Shown here: one piece after another, positions 11,801 through 23,854 of the stretch | Layout: every line of letters begins with the position of its first letter | How positions within the stretch are numbered: position 1 is the stretch's first letter | Assembly: GCA_028826165.1 (NCBI GenBank) | Contig: JAPDFW010000147.1 | Location: 248,001 to 312,000 of the forward strand | Origin: Anaeramoeba ignava BMAN | Taxonomy: Eukaryota > Protista > Anaeramoebae | Reading direction: 5' to 3' | Length of the DNA stretch: 64,000 nucleotides | Translations under genes and position numbers: made by a program | Notes under the pieces: generated by a model | The model's input: only the letters and a program-made list of their open reading frames with translations | What the model was told of the DNA's origin: nothing | Database searches by the model: none

Positions 11801-13365
11801 CGTGAAAAAAAAATATCATTTCTAAAAAATCAATTTAAGAATGGACAAGCATATTCTCATTTATCTCAATTTGAAAATTTACCTTTGCCTATTGATCCTA
11901 TGATTATTGCAAATTCTATAATTGGAGATGAAGTTCATATTTATAAAAGTGCATTGAATCCAATGAAATTATCTTTTAACACTATTTTGGATGAAAAATA
12001 TCAAATTATTTTTAAATCTGGTGATGATACAAGACAAGATAACTTAGTTATTCAATTAATTACTTTGATGGATAAATTATTGAAGCAAGGATCTCTTGAT
12101 CTTAAGTTAACACCTTATAAAGTTTTACCGACAAGTCAAAAATCTGGAATTGTTGAATTTGTAAATGCAATTCCTTTATCGAAAATATTAGCTGAATATG
12201 GAAAGATTTCTGAATATTTTAAAGTTGTTGATCCTGATGAAGATTCTGAGTTTGGATTTAGTCATACAATTATGGATACTTATGTTAAATCATGTGGTAG
12301 ATTTCTTTAAAATTTGATTTAAAATTCAAATTAAAATTAAAATTCAATTTAAAATTAAAATTAAAATTCGATTTAAAATTTAAAATTAAAATTAAAATTA
12401 AAATTAAAATCCAAATAAAAATTAAAATTAAAATTAAAATTAAAATTAAAATTTGATTCAAAATTAAAATTAAAAATTCAAATTAAAATCAAAATTAAAA
12501 TTTAAAGCTGGATATTCTGTTATTACATTCTTACTTGGTGTTGGTGATAGACATTTTGATAATTTATTAATTGCTCCAGATGGAAGATTATTACATATAG
12601 ATTTTGGATATATTTTTGGAAATGATCCAAAACCTTATCCACCTCCAATGAAACTTTGTAAAGAAATGATTGATACAATGATGGGAATTAAAAGTCCACA
12701 TTATCAATATTTTAAAATATTAGCAAATTCTGCATATAATGTTCTCAGAAAATATTCTCATTTATTTGTGAATTTACTTTCTTTAATGATTGATTGTAAA
12801 TTACAAGATTTAGAAAAAGATCCATTAGAGAGTATTTTGAAAGTAAATATTGATTTAAATATTAATTTAAATATTAATTTAAATATTTGATTTAAATATT
12901 TGATTTAAATATTAATTTGGATATTGATTTAAATATTAATTTAGATATTGATTTAAATATTAATTTAAATATTAATTTAAATATTTGATTTAAATATTAA
13001 TTTAAATATTTGATTTAAATATTAATTTAAATATTAATTTTAATATTGATTTAAATATTTATTTAAATATTAATTTTAATATTGATTTAAATATTAATTT
13101 AAATATTAATTTAAATATTAGATTTAAATATTTGATTTAAATATTAATTTAAATATTTGATTTAAATATTAATTTAAATATTTGATTTAAATATTAATTT
13201 AAATATTTTTGATTTTTAAAAAAGGTTCAAGAGAAATTTAGATTAGATCTTTCAGATGAAGAAGCTTCAATTTTTCTTTCAAATATTATAGATGATTCAG
13301 TGAGTGCATTGTTTCCAATTGTTGTTGATAAAATTCATCAATGGGCTCAATATTGGAGAAGTTAA
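8866..13365 (+). CDS. VPS34: Class III PI3-kinase (Vps34-type) with a long low-complexity N-terminus; exons 8866-11043, 11139-11417, 11489-12296, 12508-12842, 13225-13365
   Basis: Spliced product has [75 protein letters not shown] and the C-terminus [11 protein letters not shown]. All four introns are GT-AG and restore the frame. Confidence 0.92.
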
Positions 13366-13444
13366 AGAAATTATAAAAACAGAAAAAAATCATTTTCCAA
13401 TTTATTTACTTTAGAAAAATTAGTTTTAATTAATTCATTTAAAA

Positions 13445-13580
13445 TGCAAATCAATTTCAAAATCAATTTCAAAATCAATTTCAAAATCAAAATTAATTTC
13501 AAAATCAATTTCAAAATCAATTTCAAAATCAAAATCAAAATCAAAATCAATTTCAAAATCAATTTCAAAATCAAAATTAA
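13445..13580. repeat. Intergenic 12-mer microsatellite (aaaatcaatttc)n
   Basis: Directly visible tandem repeats between Vps34 and the RhoGAP gene. Confidence 0.85.
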
Positions 13581-13675
13581 TTTCTTTTTTTTTGTGTTTT
13601 TTTTCAAAATAAAAAAGATTTTCATTTTTTTCTTTTTCATTTTTTTCTTTTTCATTTTTTACTTTATAATATAAA

Positions 13676-16600
13676 ATGTCTATTTCAGCAGAAATTGATG
13701 CACTTTTAGATCAATTTCCAAAACCACCAAAAACAGAAATTATAAGAAATGAACCACAAGAATCAATTGTTGTTGGAGTTTTTTATTCACCTTCAGAAGA
13801 TAAAGAAGCACATCTTTATGATCCAGTTAAAATGGAAAAATATTGCAGGTTAAATTTAAATTAAAATTAAAATTAAAATTCAAATTAAAATTTAAATCAA
13901 AATCAAAATTTAAATTTAAATTAAAATCAAAATTAAAATTAAAATCAAAATTAAAATCAAAATTAAAATTAAAATCAAAATTAAAATTAAAATTAAAATT
14001 AAAATTAAAATTAAAATTAAAATCAAAATCAAAATTAAAATTAAAATTAAAATTCAAATTAAAATCAAATTAGATTATGTAAAGGTGTTCTAGGAAGTGA
14101 AATTAGATCTGAAATGCTTAATACAATCTTTGAAACTTCTCAAATTGAAGAAGTTGCAAAACTACAAAGTCATGCTCATGAATTTCTAATTCATAGTAAA
14201 TTTTTTTTTTCTTTTTCTTATTTTTCTTTGTTGTTTTTTAATTTAAACAAAAAAAAATTCTTTTTGTTGTTTTTATTTTTTAAAATTTTAGAAATGAATT
14301 TAAAAAAGAAAAAGAAAGCTAAAGATAGTAATATTGGAGATATTGAAGTACTTTGAATTGCTTTTTATTAATCAAATTTAAAATTAAAATTAAAATCAAA
14401 AATAAAATTAAAATCAAATTTAAAATTAAAATTAAAATCAAAAATAAAATTAAAATTAAAATTAAAATCAAAAATAAAAATTAAAATTAAAATTAAAATT
14501 AAAATTAAAAATTAAATTTAAATTTAAAATTAAATTAAAATTAAAATTAAAATCAAAATTAAAATTAAAATTAAAATCAAAATTAAAATTAAAATCAAAA
14601 TTAAAATTAATATTAAAATTAAAATTAAAATCAAAATCAAAATTAAATTTAAAATTAAAATTAAAATTAAAATTAAAATCAAAATTAAAATTCAAATTAA
14701 AATTTAAAAATTAAAATCAAAATCAAAATTAAAATTAAAATTAAAATTAAAATTAATATTAAAAATCAAAATCAAAATTAATATTAAAATTAAAATTAAA
14801 ATCAAAATTAAAATTCAAATTAATATTTAAAATTAAAATTAAAATCAAAATTAAAATCAAAATTAAAATTAAAATCAAAATCAAAATTAAAATCAAAATT
14901 AAAATCAAAATTAAAATTAAAATTAAAATTAAAATTAAAATCAAAATTAAAATTAAAATTAAATTTAAAATTAGATTTCTAAATTTAAATTAACTTTTGG
15001 ATTGAGTGTTGAAGATCCACCTCCAATTAACAAAGAATTACATGAATCATTTACAATAACAGCAAAAAAAAGTAAAATTAAATTTGATATTGTTTGTCCG
15101 AAAGCAGAACCTGATAAATTTGAACTAAAAGTTGAACCACTTTCTGGTTATGCTCAAACTGTATAAATTTTTATAAATAATATTTTCTTAATTTTTCCAA
15201 TTTATTTTAATTTATTTTCTCTCATTCTATTTAGAAAAATCTAATTGAAGTTAAAATTACTTTAAAAATAATTGCTCCTCAAACTTTTAAAAAAATGATT
15301 ATTATTGATGTAGAAGGTTTGTATTTAAAAATGAATTTAGAAATGAATTTAAAAATGAATTTAGAAATAAATTTAAAAATAAATTTAATAATAATTTTAA
15401 TAAATAAATTTAAAAATAAATTTAATAATGAATTTAATAATAAATTTAAAAATAAATTTAAAAATAAATTTAATAATAATTTTAATAACAAATTTAATAA
15501 TAATTTTAAAAATAAATTTAGAAATAAATTTAATAATGAATTTAGAAATGAATTTAGAAATGAATTTAAAAATAAATTTAAAAATGAATTTAAAAATAAA
15601 TTTAAAAATGAATTTAAAAATGAATTTAATAATAAATTTAAATAATGAATTTAGAAATGAATTTAGAAATGAATTTAGAAATGAATTTAAAAATAAATTT
15701 AATAATGAATTTAAAAATGAATTTAAAAATGAATTTAATAATGAATTTAAAAATGAATTTAAAAATAAATTTAATAATGAATTTAAAAATAAATTTAAAA
15801 ATGAAATTTAAAAATAAATTTAAAAATAAATTTAATAATAATAATAATTCATTTTTAGGTCTTCAATATTTTCTTCCTATTTTTCTCCAAACTGAAAAAT
15901 CAATATTTGGTTCACCTCTTGAGGATTTGACTTTTGTTCAAGATGGAGGTTTTTATTATCTCAAAAAACAAAAGAAATGAACAAAAATATTTACAAAATT
16001 CTGATTTAAAAATCTATTTCAATTTTTTTGATTATTTTATTTTAGATTATTATGTTCCAGAAGTTCTTGTAAATATGAAGAATTTCTTATATGAAAATGA
16101 TGGTTTACTTTTAGAAGGAATATTTCGAGTTTCAGGAACAGAAAATGAAGTTATAAAAATTAAATCACAAATTAATAATGGAACATTTAAATCAACAAAA
16201 GATGTTCATTGTATTAGCAATATTATCAAAGTGAATATTAAAATTCATTTATCAAATTAAAATTAAAATTAAAATTAAAATCAAAATTAAAATCGAAATT
16301 AAAATTAAAATTAAAATTAAAATCAAAATTAAAATTAAAATCAAAATTAAAATCAAAATCAAAATTAAAATCAAAATTAAAAATTAAAATTAAAATTAAA
16401 ATTAAAATTAAAATTAAAATTAAAATTAAAATTAAAATTAAAATTAAAATTAAAATTAAAATCAAAATTAAAATTAAATTTAAAATTAAAATCAAAATTA
16501 AATTTAAAATTAAAATTAAAATCAAAATTAAAATTCAAATTAAAAATTAAAATTAAAATTAAAATTAAAATTAAAATTAAAATTAAAATCGAAATTAAAA

Positions 16601-17417
16601 TTAAAATTAAAATCAAAATTAAAATTAAAATTAAAATTAAAATTAAAATTAAAATTAATATTAAAATCAAAATCAAAATTAAAATTAAAATCAAAATTTA
16701 AAATCGGAAAAAAATTAAAATATTTTTTTTTCAATTTATTTAGATATTTTTTAGAAGTTTACCACATAGAGTTCTTAATGATATTCCAGAAGATCGAATT
16801 CTTCTTCTTGGAGATCAAGAAGAATGTTGGAATGAAATTCAAACTTTAACTCCCAAAAATAAAGATCTTTTTATGTGGCTTCTTGATATTCTTTGTGATG
16901 TTATCACTTATACAGAAACTAATAGGATGACATCAAGATCTATTGGTTAATATTAATATAAAATTAAAATTAAAATTAAAATTAAAATTAAAATTCATTT
17001 TAAAATTAAAATTAATATTAAAATTAAAATTAATATTATTAAAATTAATAATAAAATTAAAATTAATATAAAATTAAAATTAAATTAAAAATTAAAAATT
17101 AATAATAAAATTAAAATTATAATCAAAATTAAAATTAAAATTTAAAATTAAAAATTAAAATTATAATTAAAATTAAAATTAAAATTAAAATTAAAATTAA
17201 AATTAAAATTAAAATTAAAATTAAAATTAATATTAAAATTATAATTAAAATTAAAATTAAAAAAGCTATTGTTATTGCTCCAAATTTATATGAATCAAAA
17301 GAAGATGGTCAAAATTCAGATCCATTAAGAGCACTTAATATATCCCAAAGGGTTGTAAATTTATTACAGCTTGCAATTCAAAAAAGAGGTGAATTAAGAG
17401 GATTGAATATTCGATAA
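13676..17417 (+). CDS. RhoGAP protein with a probable Ig-like/MSP-type region; 9 exons (13676-13848, 14074-14195, 14292-14347, 14975-15160, 15235-15316, 15859-15948, 16046-16230, 16744-16945, 17266-17417)
   Basis: IFGSPLE...VPEVL...EGIFRVSG (arginine finger), DVHCISNIIKIFFRSLP and NRMTSRSIAIVIAPNL. Eight GT-AG introns give a continuous frame. Confidence 0.88.
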
Positions 17418-17752
17418 TTTTTTCCAATTTATTTTTCTTTAATCTTTTTGATTGAAAAAAAAAAATCGAAAAAATTTTTGAAAAAAAAATTCAATTTAAT
17501 TAATTTAAAAAACTAACAAATTATCAAAGAAAAAAAACCTTCAAAATCTTTTTAAAAAATTTTTTTAAATTCTTTCAAAAAATCTTTTTCTTTTTTCTCT
17601 TCTTTTTTTTAACAAAATTAATCAAAAAAAATTAAACAAAAAAAATCAAAAATTTTTTTCATTTTTTTCATTTTTTTCTTTCTTTCTTTCTTTCCTTGTT
17701 GTTATTTTTTTCACTTTTTAAAATTGTTTTATTTTTTTTTTGTTTAATTAAA

Positions 17753-20187
17753 ATGGGATGTTTTGGTTCTAAAAATTCATTTTCAACAGAAGATAATGCA
17801 GAAGCAGAAAGAAACAAACAACTTGAAAATTTAATAAAAAAATCAAAAAATAAATTTTATAATGAAATTAGAATTCTTCTTCTTGGTATTTTAATTATAA
17901 ATTTAATTATAAATTTAATTATAAATTTGATTATAAATTTAATTATAAATTTAATTATAAATTTAATTATAAATTTAATTATAAATTTGATTATAAATCC
18001 AATTATTTGATTAAAAGGTGCTGGTGAATCAGGAAAAAGTACTTTGTTTAAACAAATGAAATTAATTCAAGATGGAACATTTTCAGAAAAAGATATTGAA
18101 AATGCTCGTAAAAATGTTTATCGAAATTGTGTTGAACAAATGAAAATTGTTTGTTTTTGGGCAGATCGTTTTGGAATTCCTGTTGAAAATTCAGTAAATT
18201 ATTTTTATTATTCAATTCAATACAATTCAAATCAAATCAATTCAATTCAATTCAAATCAATTCAATTCAATTCAATATTCAATATTCAATTCAATTCAAT
18301 TTAATTCAATATTCAATTCAATATTCAATTTAATTCAATATTCAATTCAATATTTAATTCAATATTCAAATCAATATTCAATTCAATTTAAATATTTAAT
18401 TCAATATTCAATTTAATATTCAAAAATTCCAATTCAAATCAAATCAAATCAAAATTAATTCAAATACATTTTCAAATCAATTTTAATAATCAAATATCGA
18501 AATTCAACAATTGAAAATTTCAAATCAAATTCAAATCAATTCAAATTCAAATTCAAATCAAATTAATTTCAAATCAATTTAATAATCAAATCAATTCAAT
18601 TCAATATTCAATTCAATATTTAATTCAATTCAATTCAATATTTAATTCAATATTTAATTCAAATCAAATTAAATCAATTCAATTCAATTCAATATTCAAT
18701 ATTCAATATTCAATTCAATTCAATATTCAATTCAATATTTAATTCAATATTCAATTCAAATCAATTCAAATCAAATCAATTCAATTCAATTCAATAATCA
18801 ATTCAATATTTAATTCAATATTCAATTCAATATTCAAATCAATTCAAATCAATTCATTATTTAAACTGTTTTTGAAAATTAGTCACTTGCTGAACAAATT
18901 AAACAAATGAATTCAAGAACAAAATGGAGTACAGAAATTGGACAATGGATTCAAGCACTTTGGAAAGATCCAGGAATACAAAAAACTTTTGAAAACAAAC
19001 AATGTCAAAATTTGCTTATTGATTCAGCAAAATAGTACAATTCAATTTATATTAAAAAATTAAAATTTGAATTAAAATCAAAATTAAAATTGAAATTAAA
19101 ATTAAAATTAAAATTAAATTTAAAATTAAAAATCAAAATTAAAAATTTAAAGTTTTTTTGATAATATTGAAAGAATTTCAAGTCAAAATTATGTTCCAAA
19201 TAATCAAGATATTTTAAGAGCAAGAAAAGTTACTGTTGCAGCAGAAGAAACAAAATTTAACATTAATGGATTTCGATTTTCAATGATTGATGTTGGAGGT
19301 CAAAGAAATGAAAGAAGAAAATGGTAAATAAAATTTTAATTCAAAAAAAATTAAAAAAATCGGAAAAAAATTTTTTAAAATCGGAAAAAAATTTTCTTTT
19401 TAAAAATTTTCTTTTAAAGGATTCATTCTTTTGAAGGAGTAACTTCAGTAATTTTTTGTGCTTCACTTTCAGGTTATAATCAAACATTATCTGAAGATCA
19501 ATCAATAAACCGAATGAAAGTAAAAATTTTAAAATTTGAATTTAAAATTTTTTGAATTGAATTAAATTTTAAATTTTCTTTTAGGAAGCTCTTTCTTTAT
19601 TTCGAGAAATTTGTACAAGTCCTTGGTTTGCAAAATCTTCTATAATTTTATTTTTGAATAAGATGGATATTTTTGAAGAAAAAATTAAAAAAGAAGATTT
19701 AACAATTTGTTTTCCAGAATATTCAGGTAAAATTAAAATTCATTTATAAATTAAAATCAAAATTAAAATTAAAATTATAATTCAAATTCATTTTGAAATT
19801 AAAATTAAAATTCATTTTGAAATTAAAATTAAAATTAAAATTAAAATTAAAATTAAAATTAAAATTAAAATTCATTTTGAAATTAAAATTCATTTTGAAA
19901 TTAAAATTAAAATTAAAATTAAAATTAAAATTCAAATTAAAATTAAAATTAAAATTAAAATTAAAATTAAAATTAAAATTAAAAAAGGAAAACCAAATGA
20001 TTATGATGAAGCTTTAGAATTTATTAAACAAAAATTTGAAGATGTTTCTGGTTTAAAAGGAAATATTAAAAGAAGATTATATATAACAGAAACATGTGCA
20101 ATCAATACAAAGAATATTGAATATGTTTTTGAATCAGCTTCAGATACAATTTTAAGAAATGCACTTGGAGATCATGGATTTCTTTAA
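17753..20187 (+). CDS. Heterotrimeric G-protein alpha subunit; exons 17753-17885, 18018-18193, 18883-19034, 19153-19323, 19420-19519, 19585-19726, 19988-20187
   Basis: MGC N-terminus (myristoylation/palmitoylation), [32 protein letters not shown] and TCAINT. Confidence 0.95.
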
Positions 20188-20359
20188 AACAAAAAACAAA
20201 AAACAAACAAAATTATTCATTTTGAGAAAATTTTTCTTTTTATTCATTTTCATTTTTGAGAAATTGAATTAATTTTTTCAATAAATTTCAAAAGTGATTT
20301 CAAAAGTGATTAAAAAAAAAAACAAAAAAGAAATCAAATAATTCTTGTTGTTTTTTTTT

Positions 20360-23300
20360 TTAAAGATTTAAATTTGATTGAAAAATTGCATCTTGAATAT
20401 TTTTAGCTTCAGAAATTAAAAAATCCATATCAAAAGAAGGAAGTTGATGTAAATAACATTTAATTTCAGAATGTTCATATTCTAAAAGAGTTTCTTGACT
20501 TTGTTCCAAAATGGCTATTTTTTTTTAAAATGAAAATAATAAAAAAAAATTTAATTAGATAATTATTTTTGAATTAATAAAATTGATGTTAAAATTGATG
20601 TTAAAATTGATGTTAAAATTGATATAAAATTGATGTTAAAATTGATAATAAAATTGATAATAAAATTGATAATAAAATTGATGTTAAAATTGATGTTAAA
20701 ATTGATGTTGAAATTGATGTTAAAATTAATGTTAAAATTCTTCATAAATTCTTCATAAATTCTTGTTAAAATTGATAATAAAATTGATAATAAAATTGAT
20801 GTTAAAATTGATGTTGAAATTGATATTAAAATTGATGTTAAAATTGATGTTAAAATTGATGTTAAAATTGATGTTAAAATTGATGTTAAAATTGATGTTA
20901 AAATTCTTCATAAATTCTTTTTAAAATTGATGTTAAAATTGATGTTGAAATTGATGTTAAAATTGATGTTAAAATTGATAATAAAATTGATGTTAAAATT
21001 GATAATAAAATTGATAATAAAATTGATAATAAAATTGATAATAAAATTGATATAAAATTGATGTTAAAATTGATGTTAAAATTGATGTTAAAATTGATGT
21101 TAAAATTGATGTTAAAATTGATGTTAAAATTGATGTTAAAATTGATATTAAAATTGATATTAAAATTGATAATAAAATTGATGTTAAAATTGATGTTAAA
21201 ATTGATAATAAAATTGATAATAAAATTGATATTAAAATTGATGTTAAAATTGATATTAAAATTGATATTAAAATTGATGTTAAAATTGATGTTAAAATTG
21301 ATGTTAAAATTGATGTTAAAATTGATGTTAAAATTGATGTTAAAATTCTTCATAAATTCTTTTTAAAATTGATGTTAAAATTGATATTAAAATTGATATT
21401 AAAATTGATGTTAAAATTGATGTTAAAATTGATGTTAAAATTGATGTTAAAATTGATAATAAAATTGATAATAAAATTGATGTTAAAATTGATGTTAAAA
21501 TTGATATTAAAATTGATGTTAAAATTGATGTTAAAATTGATAATAAAATTGATAATAAAATTGATGTTAAAATTGATGTTAAAATTGATAATAAAATTGA
21601 TAATAAAATTGATATTAAAATTGATGTTAAAATTGATGTTAAAATTGATGTTAAAATTGATATTAAAATTGATGTTAAAATTGATGTTAAAATTGATGTT
21701 AAAATTGATAATAAAATTGATGTTAAAATTGATGTTAAAATTGATGTTAAAATTGATAATAAAATTGATAATAAAATTGATGTTAAAATTGATGTTAAAA
21801 TTGATGTTAAAATTGATGTTAAAATTGATATAAAATTGATAATAAAATTGATGTTAAAATTGATGTTAAAATTGATAATAAAATTGATGTTAAAATTGAT
21901 GTTAAAATTGATAATAAAATTGATGTTAAAATTGATGTTAAAATTGATGTTAAAATTGATATTAAAATTGATGTTAAAATTGATGTTGAAATTGATGTTA
22001 AAATTGATGTTAAAATTGATGTTAAAATTGATAATAAAATTGATGTTGAAATTGATATTAAAATTCTTTTTAAATTCTTGTTAAAATTGTTAATAAAATT
22101 GATGTTAAAATTGATATAAAATTGATAATAAAATTGATGTTAAAATTGATGTTAAAATTGATGTTAAAATTGATAATAAAATTGATGTTAAAATTGATGT
22201 TGAAATTGATATTAAAATTGATGTTAAAATTGATAATAAAATTGATGTTAAAATTGATGTTAAAATTGATATTAAAATTGATATTAAAATTAATAATAAA
22301 ATTGATGTTAAAATTGATATTAAAATTGATGTTAAAATTGATATTAAAATTGATGTTAAAATTCTTTTTAAAATTGATGTTAAAATTGTTGATTAAATTG
22401 ATGTTAAAATTGATATTAAAATTGATATTAAAATTAATAATAAAATTGATGTTGAAATTCTTCATAAATTCTTTTTAAAATTCTTCATAAGTTCTTTATA
22501 AATTCTTCATAAATTCTTTTTAAAATTCTTTTTAAAATTGATGTTAAAATTGATATTAAAATTGATAATAAAATTGATGTTGAAATTCTTCATAAATTCT
22601 TTTTAAAGTTGATAATAAAATTCTTGTTAAAATTGATGTTAAAATTGATATTAAAATTGATAATAAAATTGATGTTAAAATTCTTGTTAAAATTGATGTT
22701 AAAATTGATGTTAAAATTGATGTTAAAATTGATGTTAAAATTGATAATAAAATTGTTGATTAAATTGATGTTAAAATTGTTGATTAAATTGATGTTAAAA
22801 TTGATGTTAAAATTGATGTTGAAATTCTTCATAAGTTCTTCATAAGTTCTTCATAAATTCTTTTTAAAATTCTTTTTGAAATTGATGTTAAAATTGATAA
22901 TATAATTCTTCATAAATTCTTTTTAAAATTCTTTTTAAAATTGATGTTAAAATTGATGTTAAAATTCTTCATAAATTCTTCATAAATTCTTCATAAATTC
23001 TTTTTAAAATTCTTCATAAATCTTTCATAAATTGTTTTTAAAATTATTGTTGAAATTGTTTTATATACCTAGACAAACATAAATATGAAGTTCATCAAAA
23101 GAATCATTCATTGAAAAATAAGTATCCCAAAGTCTCATAACATTTTCCAAAGGTAATTCACGAGAAAGCAAGAATAGGAACCAAGAAGGGAAAAACATTT
23201 CAACGGAAACCTCTTCATCCTCAAAATACGTATATAACTCAGCAAAAAGTATTCGGAAATATTTTCTAAATTGATTAACACAAGTATTCAATCTCAATTG

Positions 23301-23771
23301 GTGAAAACTAGATTCGATTTTTTCCATCAGCGCGCGAAACAAGAAATAAGAAAGCACCTCATCAGAGCAACAGGTGACAAAAGGGACGACAAGAGAAACC
23401 ATGCCTTCCTGGTATTTTATATTCGAATGTTGGTCAAAATGCCCGATCAAAATTTTCTTGATTTGATCAAACTTTTCCTCATTGAAACTCGGATCATTGG
23501 AATGACTTCGAAGACGGTTAATCTCCGGTTTCATCGCAAGAGATAATTGTGTGTTTGTTCGCTGCGTATCCGCTTCATAATCTAGTTTCAGTTGTCTTTG
23601 TAATGAGAGCTCTTCACTTTTGGATGGCGTTGTTACTCCTAATAAATATTTCCATGAATCGCATCTATATTGATCAGGAATTCCGTGAAAAGATGCTTCT
23701 CTGAGACTTTCTAAATCAACATATGAATCTAAAGTTAATAAATCTTCAAATCCTTTTGCAGTTAATGACAT
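20360..23771 (-). CDS. TBC-domain (Rab-GAP-like) protein; exons 23771-23069 and 20514-20360
   Basis: LREASFHGIPDQYRCDSWKYLLG, WFLFLLSRELPLENVMRLWDTYF, then spliced HIYVCL/AILEQSQETLL. One 2554-bp GT-AG intron. Confidence 0.88.
20575..23030. repeat. Intronic 12-mer satellite (aaaattgatgtt and variants), about 200 units
   Basis: Directly visible; fills the TBC intron, with variants aaaattgataat, aaaattgatatt and aaattcttcat. Confidence 0.95.
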
Positions 23772-23854
23772 TAAAAAAAAAATAAAGAAAAAAATAAAAA
23801 AAAATTTAAAAAAAAAATTAAAAAAATTTTTTCATTTTTTTTCTTTTTTTTAAA

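Noticed and set aside
13371-16734. Many short ORFs such as [18 protein letters not shown] and MNLEMNL
   Set aside because: Translations of stop-free hexamer or 12-mer microsatellites in introns and intergenic DNA, not genes. The same applies at 19744-22845, 24161-24852, 39003-40174, 45808-46038, 47279-47948 and 61718-63097.
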